Assembly: GCA_037975885.1 (NCBI GenBank)
Contig: JBANFS010000005.1
Span: forward strand, 66,504-130,503
Source: Bacteroidota bacterium
Lineage (GTDB): Bacteria > Bacteroidota > Bacteroidia > Chitinophagales > Chitinophagaceae
DNA length: 64,000 nucleotides
Direction of reading: 5' to 3'
Every line of letters begins with the position of its first letter. Positions within the stretch are counted from its first letter, which is position 1. Positions 29,968 to 38,679 of this stretch are shown piece by piece. A program made the translations under genes and the position numbers. The notes below the pieces were generated by a model, which was not told where the DNA came from, did not search any database, and saw nothing but the letters and a program-made list of their open reading frames with translations.

Positions 29968-31548
29968 ATGCTACCCAAACGCTATTCGTTCCTTGTTTTG
30001 ATTGTTTTTTTAGCCTTTTCTGTGCAGGCTCAAATGCCAAGCCAAACTGCTGATATCATCATTAAAAATGCCAAAATATTAGATGGCACGGGTAATTCAT
30101 GGTTTTATGGCGACATCGCTATAGGTAGTGGTAAAATTATTCAAATTGGAAAATTAGCGGGTTGGAATGCTAAAAAAGTAATTGATGCGACCGGCCTTGT
30201 GGCAGCACCAGGATTTATTGATGTGCACACACATATAGAAGGCGACGAGGTTAAAAATCCGGAGGCCACTAATTTCATTTATGATGGTGTTACAACAGTA
30301 ATTACGGGTAATTGTGGTTCATCGGATGCAAATATTGGAAGGTACCTACGCAAAATTGATAGCCTAAAAACATCGGTCAATGTAGCAGCATTAATCGGAC
30401 ACAACGATGTTAGAAAAGCGGTGATGGGAAGAGCAAGTAGAAACCCTACCGAAGCAGAAATGCAAGCCATGGAAAATATTGTTGACAAAGCCATGCGTGA
30501 TGGAGCCGTGGGGATGTCCACCGGACTCATTTATATTCCGGGCACTTATTCTACTACCGAAGAAATTGTGCGCTTGGCAAAAGTAGCGGCAAAATATAAT
30601 GGCGTTTACGCGTCACATATGCGCGATGAAGGTGACAGTGTTGTAGCTGCCATAGAAGAAGCGCTTTACATTGGAACGGCTGCAAATATGCCGGTTCAAA
30701 TTTCTCATTTTAAATTAAGTGGTCAACAAAACTGGGGCCGAAGTCGTGAAACCTTACCGCTTATTATCAATGCCCGAAAAAATGGACTCGATGTAACCAT
30801 CGATCAATATCCATACACCGCAAGTAGTACCTCTTTAAGTACACTCATTCCAGACTGGGTACTCGCAGATGGTCAAGACTCTATTGTTGCGAGGCTTGCG
30901 AGACCTTCCGTGCGAAAAGAAGTGACTAACTATATGTTAGCGCGACTCGCAAAAAGAAAACTAAAGCATTTTAGTTATCCAGTAGTTGCTTACTATGCAA
31001 AAGATACCACACTCAATGGAAAAAGTATTGAAGAAGTAAATACAACACTAGGAAAAAAACATTCGGCAAAACAGGAAGCAGAAACCATTATTGAAATGAT
31101 GGAAAAAGGTGGCGCTTCCATGGTGTTTCATGGCATGAGTGAATCAGACATTAAAGCCATTATGCGTTACCCATTTAACATGTTTGCTTCCGATGCAAGT
31201 ATTCGTGTTTACAAAGAAGGCAATCCGCATCCAAGAGGTTATGGCACCAATGCAAGGGTCCTAAAAAAATATGTACGTGAAGAAAACGTAATTGGTTTAG
31301 AAGAAGCCGTGCGCCGCATGACATCACTCCCTGCACAAAAATTTGGATTTACCGACAGAGGCTTGCTTCGTCAAAATTTTGCCGCTGATATTGTTTTATT
31401 CAATGAAGCAGAAGTGGGCGACAGAGCCGAATACAAAAATCCCCACCAATATGCAACAGGCTTTAGTTACATCATTGTAAATGGTGTTGTTACGGTAGAT
31501 GCAGGTATACACACGGGGGCAAGAGCAGGGGTTGCAATCAGAAAATAA
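29968..31548 (+). CDS. N-acyl-D-amino-acid deacylase (D-aminoacylase), exported
   Basis: PGFIDVHTH, GNCG, HMRDEG, ISHFK, ASDA and PHPRGYG motifs; Sec signal peptide ending VQA. Confidence 0.88.
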   Translation: MLPKRYSFLVLIVFLAFSVQAQMPSQTADIIIKNAKILDGTGNSWFYGDIAIGSGKIIQIGKLAGWNAKKVIDATGLVAAPGFIDVHTHIEGDEVKNPEATNFIYDGVTTVITGNCGSSDANIGRYLRKIDSLKTSVNVAALIGHNDVRKAVMGRASRNPTEAEMQAMENIVDKAMRDGAVGMSTGLIYIPGTYSTTEEIVRLAKVAAKYNGVYASHMRDEGDSVVAAIEEALYIGTAANMPVQISHFKLSGQQNWGRSRETLPLIINARKNGLDVTIDQYPYTASSTSLSTLIPDWVLADGQDSIVARLARPSVRKEVTNYMLARLAKRKLKHFSYPVVAYYAKDTTLNGKSIEEVNTTLGKKHSAKQEAETIIEMMEKGGASMVFHGMSESDIKAIMRYPFNMFASDASIRVYKEGNPHPRGYGTNARVLKKYVREENVIGLEEAVRRMTSLPAQKFGFTDRGLLRQNFAADIVLFNEAEVGDRAEYKNPHQYATGFSYIIVNGVVTVDAGIHTGARAGVAIRK

Positions 31549-31549
31549 T

Positions 31550-33106
31550 TTACTCCTCTCTATGTTTTTGAAAGCTAATATGGTACTCCTGAATTTGTGT
31601 AGGATTTGTTGGCGTTAATGTGAAACTGATTTTTATTGTTCCGTTTTGTGCATGAATATAATAATAACCACGCAGTTCATTTTCCGGCATAAAATTTCCA
31701 GATCCTGTAATGGGTCCAGCTGCTTCAAAAATTGAACTAGCTTCTTTGATTAACGCGTCTATTTTATAATCATCAAAAAAGTTTTCGGCAAATAAATTAG
31801 AAGCTGCTGCGTTTTTCCAACTTGGTAATAGTGCCGTTAATTTTGCTTGCGCATTTTTTAATACCGCAGATGCTGGTAAAATTCTGGGTTGTAAGTCTAC
31901 ATTTCCCATTCTTAAAATGGTATCAATGACCATGGTGTTGAGTACTGCAGTTGGGGCGTAGGTTACGTTTGCTAGCAGTATTACGCCTAGTCCATATTCA
32001 GGAAGTATTCTCCAATTGCTTCCAAAACCTGGAAGCCCACCACTGTGCGCAATGCTTGTTCGGCCGGTACAATCTTTTAACCAACTTAACCCATAACCAT
32101 AAGCGGCCGTTGTTGCACAGGCTCTACCCGATGGATATTTGTAAGTCGCATTGAGTCCAATAAACCTACTAGGCTGGTGCATTTCTCTAATGGAGCTTCT
32201 GCTAATGGGTCCGTTGCTAGTGCCGTTTCGGGCTGGCCAAGCATCCAAATGAAGCGATACATATTTACTAAAAGATTCTAGACTTGTAATCATTCCTCCC
32301 ATGGCTCCATAAATACCATCATGTAATAAAGGCTCTTCTGTCCAGTTGTTATTGATCCATCTATAACCGTGTGCGAGCTTTGCATCATCAATGCTAGAAA
32401 ATTCCCAACTGGCTTCCATATTAAGCGGCTTCCAAATATTTTCTTTGATATACACGCCATAATTTTTGCCCGTTACTTTTTCTATGATATAGCCAAGCAT
32501 GGTAAAACCTACATTGCTGTATTCATACGATAAACCAGTAGCGGTAGAAAAATGAATTCCTTTTTTGATGAATGCTAAAAATTCTTGAGACGTTTTTTCA
32601 AGCTGACGGTCTCCCCATGGATTGTCTTCTGGAAATCCTGCCGAGTGCGTGAGTAAATCTCTAATGGTAATGGGTGCAGCATCTGTGGTGAGCCCTTGAT
32701 TTTTTAATTCAGGAATATACTTGCTGGCTTTATCGTCGAGGTTTAATTTGCCTTCATCTCTTAACTTTAAAATGGCCATCGCCGTAAAACTTTTAGACAT
32801 CGAAGCAATTCTAAACATGCTTTTAGGCGTAGCGGGCGTTTTGGTTTTCAAATTGGTATAGCCACTACTCGTTGTATACACAAGCTTTCCGTCTAGTACG
32901 ATGCCAAAACTGTAGCCCGGAAAGTGATTTTCTGCAGCATATTTTTGCACCATCTTTTCAACTACCGGAAATGCGATGCGCAGTTTTTCTAGCCTATTAC
33001 TGTCTTTAAAGTAAGGAGGTTGATAACCCACTTGTGCCGCAATAAAAAATGGTAGCAACCCAAAAGCTGCTACCATTTTAAATATGAATAATTTATTTTG
33101 TTGCAT
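31550..33106 (-). CDS. Serine hydrolase, beta-lactamase/AmpH-like family, exported
   Basis: SxxK (ASMSK), LLTHSAG, YSN and HSGGLPG motifs; signal peptide. Confidence 0.88.
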   Translation of the reverse strand: MQQNKLFIFKMVAAFGLLPFFIAAQVGYQPPYFKDSNRLEKLRIAFPVVEKMVQKYAAENHFPGYSFGIVLDGKLVYTTSSGYTNLKTKTPATPKSMFRIASMSKSFTAMAILKLRDEGKLNLDDKASKYIPELKNQGLTTDAAPITIRDLLTHSAGFPEDNPWGDRQLEKTSQEFLAFIKKGIHFSTATGLSYEYSNVGFTMLGYIIEKVTGKNYGVYIKENIWKPLNMEASWEFSSIDDAKLAHGYRWINNNWTEEPLLHDGIYGAMGGMITSLESFSKYVSLHLDAWPARNGTSNGPISRSSIREMHQPSRFIGLNATYKYPSGRACATTAAYGYGLSWLKDCTGRTSIAHSGGLPGFGSNWRILPEYGLGVILLANVTYAPTAVLNTMVIDTILRMGNVDLQPRILPASAVLKNAQAKLTALLPSWKNAAASNLFAENFFDDYKIDALIKEASSIFEAAGPITGSGNFMPENELRGYYYIHAQNGTIKISFTLTPTNPTQIQEYHISFQKHREE

Positions 33107-33864
33107 TAATCTCTGCTTGATAGTTTACTGAGTAATCTTAAGATTTCTAAATATAGCCATACAATGGTTACCATAAGGCCAAAAGCTGCATACCACTCCA
33201 TAAATTGAGGAGCACCCCTTTGTGCACCCTGTTCAATCATATCAAAATCTAAAATTAAATTGAGTGCTGCAATTGCTACAATAAATAAGCTAATGCCAAT
33301 ACTTAACATCGAATTATCTCTTACAAAACTTACGTCAACACCAAATAAACCAAGTACCCAAGTAAGTAAATAAAAGATGGCAATGCCAAGCATGGCGCTC
33401 ATCATCATGGACTTAAATTTTTCGGTTGGTTTAATTACTCTAAAATTGTAGAGTAAAAACATGGCAACCGCAACGCCAAATGTTAAGCCTACTGCTTGAA
33501 CCACAATGCCTGGGTAAAATGCGTCGTTAAACATTTTTGATATAGCGCCTAAAAATAAGCCTTCAAGTATTGCATAAGCGGGTGCTAGTGCAGGGGCCCA
33601 GTTAGGTTTAAAAGTGATGGCTAGTGCTGTTATGAGTCCACCTATAACACCCACAATCATAAGGGTTTGTGCGAGGGTTGGATTGTTTTGATCAATTAAA
33701 TGCCAGGTGTAGCCTGCGCCTGCAATTACACCAATGAGCATGAGTCCAAATTTATTCATGGTGCCTCTAACAGACATCGTGCCTTCTGCGTTTGCCTGTG
33801 CGTGACCGGCTTTGTCGAACATTTTTTCTGAAAGGGTAGGATTTCCTGATTCAAATAGTGCCAT
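33106..33864 (-). CDS. Bax inhibitor-1/YccA family membrane protein
   Basis: Seven hydrophobic segments; LNLILDF and WLYLEILRLL motifs; stop overlaps the serine hydrolase start (TAATG). Confidence 0.9.
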   Translation of the reverse strand: MALFESGNPTLSEKMFDKAGHAQANAEGTMSVRGTMNKFGLMLIGVIAGAGYTWHLIDQNNPTLAQTLMIVGVIGGLITALAITFKPNWAPALAPAYAILEGLFLGAISKMFNDAFYPGIVVQAVGLTFGVAVAMFLLYNFRVIKPTEKFKSMMMSAMLGIAIFYLLTWVLGLFGVDVSFVRDNSMLSIGISLFIVAIAALNLILDFDMIEQGAQRGAPQFMEWYAAFGLMVTIVWLYLEILRLLSKLSSRD

Positions 33865-33885
33865 GGTTGTTTAATTTTTATTACT

Positions 33886-33893
33886 CAAATATA
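33886..33893 (-). promoter_or_regulatory. -7 element (TATATTTG) upstream of the YccA-family gene
   Basis: Exact TAnnTTTG match. Confidence 0.55.
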
Positions 33894-33999
33894 CAATAAG
33901 ATTTATTTTTTTAGAAGCCTCTTTACAAGACTTTAACAGTTAAAAAACCATTGGCTACCTCCTTAGTAAATTGTAACTTTACCGCAATTAAAGAAGCTC

Positions 34000-35847
34000 A
34001 TGGAAAAGAAGGAAACATTACTGCAGGACGTTGTGATCAAATTTGCTGGTGACAGTGGTGACGGTATGCAATTAACCGGTCAGCAGTTTACCAATAACAC
34101 CGCTTTACTGGGTATTGACCTCGCTACTTTTCCAGACTTTCCCGCCGAAATTCGGGCCCCAATTGGAACGCTTCCGGGTGTGAGTGGCTTCCAATTACGT
34201 TTTTCTAGTGACCGTGTATTTACACCTGGTGATGATTGTGATGTGCTTGTTGCGATGAACGCCGCTGCTTTAAAAGTAAATTTAAAAGCCATTAAAAAAG
34301 GTGGAAAAATTATTGCGAACGTTGATGGTTTTGACGCTAAAAATTTACGCTTAGCCAATTACCCGGATGGTGTGAACCCATTGGAGGACGGCAGTTTGGA
34401 GGGTTTTGAACTGATAAAAGTAGACGTTACCAAACTAACTCGAGAGGCATTAAAAGACTTTACTGATTTAGGTACCAAAGAAAGAGACCGTGCAAAAAAC
34501 ATGTTTGTGTTAGGTCTTATTTACTGGATGTACAATAGAAATTTAGACAACACGATTACTTTCTTGAATGAAAAATTTGGTAAAAAAGATACCATCTTAC
34601 AAAGTAATATTAAAGTGTTGCAAGCAGGATTTAACTATGGCGATACCACCGAAACTTTTTCGAGTCGTTACCGTGTAGAAAAAGCCAAAATGGTACCTGG
34701 TACTTACCGAAGTATCATGGGAAATCAGGCCCTTTCGATGGGTTTAATTGCAGCAAGTGAAAAATCGGGCTTATCTATATTTTTAGGCACTTATCCAATT
34801 ACACCGGCTTCCGATATTTTACACGAGCTTAGTAAGCACAAGGCTTTTGGAGTTAAAACCTTCCAAGCCGAAGATGAAATTGCGGGTATCTCTGCTGCCA
34901 TTGGTGCTAGCTATGGGGGCTCTATAGGTATAACCACTACATCAGGGCCTGGTATGGCACTTAAAACTGAAGCGATGGGCCTTGCTGTTATGTTAGAGAT
35001 CCCACTCGTTATTATAAACATTCAACGCGGCGGTCCTTCTACCGGACTTCCTACCAAAACTGAGCAGAGTGACTTGTTGCAAGCCTATTATGGACGTAAT
35101 GGAGAATGTCCAATGCCAATTATTGCCTCTTCTACACCTAGCGACTGTTTTGATGCTGCTTATGAAGCGGTGCGTATTGCCGTGCAACACATGACACCGG
35201 TTATACTATTAAGTGATGGATATATTGCCAATGGTGCAGAGCCTTGGAAATTTCCTGTAGCTGCAGATTTAGCGCCTATTCAAGTGAATTTTAAAACAAC
35301 ACTTGATGAAGGAGAAACAAAATTCATGCCGTATAAAAGAGACGAGAAGTTGGTGCGTCCATGGGCTGTTCCAGGAACGCCAGGTTTTGAACACCGCATT
35401 GGCGGTATCGAAAAGCAAGACATTACGGGCAATGTAAGTTACGATCCGGATAATCACCAGCACATGGTAAATACCCGTCAGGCCAAAGTTGATATGATTG
35501 CTGATTATATTCCGCTTCAACAATTAGACAGTGGTGCTGCAACTGGTAAAGTATTGGTACTAGGTTGGGGTTCTACTTATGGTGCGATTAAAACGGCAGT
35601 TACAGAATTACAAGCAGCAGGACATGCGGTAAGCCATGCACATATCAAATACATGCGTCCTTTCCCTAAAAATTTAGGAAGCATCATTGCAGGATTTGAT
35701 AAAGTATTAATTCCTGAAATAAACAATGGTCAACTTATAAAAATAATTAGAGACCAGTATTTGGTAGATGCAAAAGGCTTTAATAAAGTAATGGGAGTCC
35801 CTATCACCAAAGGTGAAATTATAGAGACCGTATTAAATATGCTTTAA
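34000..35847 (+). CDS. korA: 2-oxoacid:acceptor oxidoreductase alpha subunit (fused gamma-alpha)
   Basis: AGDSGDGMQL, YPITPAS, QAEDEIAG, TTSGPG and QRGGPSTGLPT motifs. Confidence 0.93.
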   Translation: MEKKETLLQDVVIKFAGDSGDGMQLTGQQFTNNTALLGIDLATFPDFPAEIRAPIGTLPGVSGFQLRFSSDRVFTPGDDCDVLVAMNAAALKVNLKAIKKGGKIIANVDGFDAKNLRLANYPDGVNPLEDGSLEGFELIKVDVTKLTREALKDFTDLGTKERDRAKNMFVLGLIYWMYNRNLDNTITFLNEKFGKKDTILQSNIKVLQAGFNYGDTTETFSSRYRVEKAKMVPGTYRSIMGNQALSMGLIAASEKSGLSIFLGTYPITPASDILHELSKHKAFGVKTFQAEDEIAGISAAIGASYGGSIGITTTSGPGMALKTEAMGLAVMLEIPLVIINIQRGGPSTGLPTKTEQSDLLQAYYGRNGECPMPIIASSTPSDCFDAAYEAVRIAVQHMTPVILLSDGYIANGAEPWKFPVAADLAPIQVNFKTTLDEGETKFMPYKRDEKLVRPWAVPGTPGFEHRIGGIEKQDITGNVSYDPDNHQHMVNTRQAKVDMIADYIPLQQLDSGAATGKVLVLGWGSTYGAIKTAVTELQAAGHAVSHAHIKYMRPFPKNLGSIIAGFDKVLIPEINNGQLIKIIRDQYLVDAKGFNKVMGVPITKGEIIETVLNML

Positions 35848-35851
35848 TAGA

Positions 35852-36007
35852 CTAGTCTTTGTTTCCAGCCGAAAATATTTGATCTACAGCGCCACCTAGC
35901 ATTGGAAATTTTTCTTTTACAAAACCAGCAATGGTTACAATAGCTTGTTGTGCCTGCTCTGGCGTTAAAGATGCTTCTTTAACTAAGCGTTCTACTAATT
36001 CGTTCAT
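35852..36007 (-). CDS. Small 51-aa hypothetical protein (absent from ORF track)
   Basis: Hand translation MNELVERLVKEASLTPEQAQQAIVTIAGFVKEKFPMLGGAVDQIFSAGNKD*; ATG 10 nt after the clpX stop on the same strand; fills an otherwise empty gap. Confidence 0.75.
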   Translation of the reverse strand: MNELVERLVKEASLTPEQAQQAIVTIAGFVKEKFPMLGGAVDQIFSAGNKD

Positions 36008-36017
36008 ATCAATTGTT

Positions 36018-37253
36018 TTAAGCAACTTTTAGAGAACTAAGTTTGCTTTTGCTAAACTTTTGTTCTGCGTAATCAAGGGTAACAATAAATTTTTGTGTGT
36101 CTGTGCCCGGAAGTTCAAACATGGCGTCGGTTAAAATACTTTCACAAATACTTCTAAGGCCTCTAGCGCCAAGTTTATATTGCATGGCTTTGCCTACCAT
36201 AAAATCAAGTACTTCCTCTTCAATAATAAGTTCAATACCTTCTAGTTCAAATAAACGGTGGTATTGTTTGAGTAATGAATTTTTAGGCTCTGTTAAAATA
36301 CTGCGTAATATACTAGCATCTAATGGTTCTAAGTGAGTTACTACGGGAAGTCTTCCTAGTAATTCGGGGATGAGCCCAAAGCTTTTTAAATCCTGTGCAT
36401 TGATAAATTGCAGTAAATTTTTTCTAGCATTTTCCTGCTCGTCTTTATTAACACTAAAGCCAATGGCATTGGTGTTAATACGTCTTGCAATTACTTTATC
36501 GATACCATCAAAAGCGCCACCGCAAATAAATAAAATATTTTTAGTGTCTACCTTAATCATTTTTTGTTCGGGATGCTTACGTCCACCTTGTGGTGGCACC
36601 AGTGCTTCTGTGCCCTCCAGCATTTTTAATAAACCTTGCTGAACACCTTCGCCACTTACATCACGCGTAATAGAAGGGTTGTCTCCTTTGCGTGCAATTT
36701 TATCAATTTCATCTACGTAAACAATGCCTCTTTCAGCAGCCGCTACGTCGTAATCACAGTTTTGTAATAAACGGGTAAGCATGCTCTCAACGTCTTCACC
36801 AACATAGCCTGCTTCTGTAAAAACAGTGGCATCTACAATTGCAAAAGGAACATTTAAAAGTCTTGCGATGGTTTTGGCTAAAAGTGTTTTACCTGTACCG
36901 GTTTCGCCTACCATAATAATGTTGCTTTTTTCAATTTCAACATCATCTGCTTGTGGTTTTTGTGCCACACGCTTAAAGTGATTGTATACCGCTACCGACA
37001 AGATTTTTTTTGCATCATCTTGCCCAATAATGTATTCGTCTAAAAACTTTTTTATTTCTATGGGCTTACGCACATTGAGTTTAAAGTTCCCTTTCTCGCC
37101 CTCTTTTTTAACCGTTACTTCTTGTGCGATAATTTCTTGTGCATGCTCTACACAGTTCTCGCAAATATGCGAATGCTGGCCTGCAATGAGGATTTTTACC
37201 TCGTCTCGGCTTCTACCACAAAAAGAACAGGTTAATTGATTTGCTTTTGCCAT
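36018..37253 (-). CDS. clpX: ATP-dependent Clp protease ATP-binding subunit ClpX
   Basis: C4 zinc finger (CSFC...CENC), GETGTGKT, YVGEDVE, DVSGEGVQQ, IGF loop. Confidence 0.97.
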   Translation of the reverse strand: MAKANQLTCSFCGRSRDEVKILIAGQHSHICENCVEHAQEIIAQEVTVKKEGEKGNFKLNVRKPIEIKKFLDEYIIGQDDAKKILSVAVYNHFKRVAQKPQADDVEIEKSNIIMVGETGTGKTLLAKTIARLLNVPFAIVDATVFTEAGYVGEDVESMLTRLLQNCDYDVAAAERGIVYVDEIDKIARKGDNPSITRDVSGEGVQQGLLKMLEGTEALVPPQGGRKHPEQKMIKVDTKNILFICGGAFDGIDKVIARRINTNAIGFSVNKDEQENARKNLLQFINAQDLKSFGLIPELLGRLPVVTHLEPLDASILRSILTEPKNSLLKQYHRLFELEGIELIIEEEVLDFMVGKAMQYKLGARGLRSICESILTDAMFELPGTDTQKFIVTLDYAEQKFSKSKLSSLKVA

Positions 37254-37267
37254 AAAACGGTTGCTCC

Positions 37268-37900
37268 TTATATCTTTTCTAGTACACTATCCACAATACC
37301 ATACGCTACGGCTTCTTTAGCATCCATCCAATAATCACGATCAAAGTCTTTCATGATTTGATCTACTGTTTTACCACAGTTTTCTGCTAAGATGCGCGCG
37401 CCAATTTCTTTTGTTTTTCTAATTTGCTCAGCTTGTATTTCAATATCAGCGCTTGTTGCTTGCATGTAGCCACCTAAACTTGGTTGGTGTATCATTACTT
37501 CGCCGTGCGGATAAATATATCGCTTGCCTTTGGTACCAGCACTTAATAAAATAGAACCCATGCTAGCCGCAAGACCCATACAAATAGTAGATACAGGGCT
37601 TTGAATGAGTTTCATGGTATCGTACATCACCATACCACTAGTTACAACACCACCCGGGCTATTGATGTAAAATTTAATTTCTGCGCCTGGTTTGTCTGCG
37701 TCTAATAAAAGTAATTTGTTCACTACTTCTTTAGCAGATTTATCATCTACTACACCCCACAAATAAACGGTTCTCTTTTCAAAGAAAAGTTTTTCCATTT
37801 TTTTCATGAGCATTCCGTTATTCTCAGGCTTGTCTTCTTTTACAGATTCTTCTTCGTCTTCCATTAAGAATGGATTTACAATATATTTTAAGTCTGTCAT
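37268..37900 (-). CDS. clpP: Clp protease proteolytic subunit, second paralog
   Basis: YINSPGG, GLAASMG (Ser), MIHQP (His), DRD (Asp). Confidence 0.93.
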   Translation of the reverse strand: MTDLKYIVNPFLMEDEEESVKEDKPENNGMLMKKMEKLFFEKRTVYLWGVVDDKSAKEVVNKLLLLDADKPGAEIKFYINSPGGVVTSGMVMYDTMKLIQSPVSTICMGLAASMGSILLSAGTKGKRYIYPHGEVMIHQPSLGGYMQATSADIEIQAEQIRKTKEIGARILAENCGKTVDQIMKDFDRDYWMDAKEAVAYGIVDSVLEKI

Positions 37901-37907
37901 GGCGTTA

Positions 37908-38591
37908 TTATTTTTTTTCTTTGCGTGGGTTGGTTAATAATACTTCATCTACCAGTCCATATTCTTTTGCGTCTTGTGCAGTCATCCAAAAATCTCTATC
38001 GCTATCTTTTGCAATGGTAGCTTCGTCTTTACCGGTGTGATGCGCTGTGATAGCGTATAATTCTGATCTTAATTTTTTAATTTCTCTTGCAGTGATTTCA
38101 ATATCTGTTGCTTGTCCGCCAATGGCACCACTAGGTTGGTGCATCATGATTCGGCTATGCTTAAGAGCGGTACGTTTTCCTTTAACACCAGCGCATAATA
38201 AAATTTGTCCCATGCTTGCTGCCATACCCGTGCAAATAGTGGCAACATCTGGCCCTATAAACTGCATGGTATCATAAATGCCAAGACCAGCATATACACT
38301 TCCTCCTGGGCTATTGATATACATTTGGATATCGCGGGTACGGTCCGTGCTTTCTAAAAACAAAAGCTGCGCTGTAACAATATTTGCTACGTAGTCGTTG
38401 ATACCCTCGCCTAAAAATATAATACGGTCCATCATTAAACGTGAAAACACATCCATGCTAGCCACGTTCATGGGGCGCTCCTCAATAATATAAGGAGTGA
38501 GGTTGGTTACCTGGCTGTAATTGTGCAGTGTTGCACTGCTAATACCGCGGTGCTTAATAGCATACTGCTCAAATTCTTTTCCTAGATTCAT
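37908..38591 (-). CDS. clpP: Clp protease proteolytic subunit
   Basis: DVFSRLMMDRIIFLG, YINSPGG, GMAASMG, MMHQP and DRD motifs. Confidence 0.96.
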   Translation of the reverse strand: MNLGKEFEQYAIKHRGISSATLHNYSQVTNLTPYIIEERPMNVASMDVFSRLMMDRIIFLGEGINDYVANIVTAQLLFLESTDRTRDIQMYINSPGGSVYAGLGIYDTMQFIGPDVATICTGMAASMGQILLCAGVKGKRTALKHSRIMMHQPSGAIGGQATDIEITAREIKKLRSELYAITAHHTGKDEATIAKDSDRDFWMTAQDAKEYGLVDEVLLTNPRKEKK

Positions 38592-38634
38592 ATACTTTTA
38601 TTTTCGCTTTGAAGATAAGTTATTTGCTTATCAT

Positions 38635-38660
38635 AAAAAAAGCCGGGTTACCCCAGCTTT
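38635..38660 (-). terminator. Intrinsic terminator after tig
   Basis: Minus strand AAAGCTGGG-GTAA-CCCGGCTTT followed by a T-run; GNRA tetraloop. Confidence 0.7.
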
Positions 38661-38679
38661 CTCTTATGATACTATAAGA

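Noticed and set aside
31550-33106. Serine hydrolase as an AmpC-type antibiotic resistance determinant
   Set aside because: SxxK/YxN/HxG are shared by the wider esterase/peptidase family; no mobile context or other evidence for beta-lactam hydrolysis
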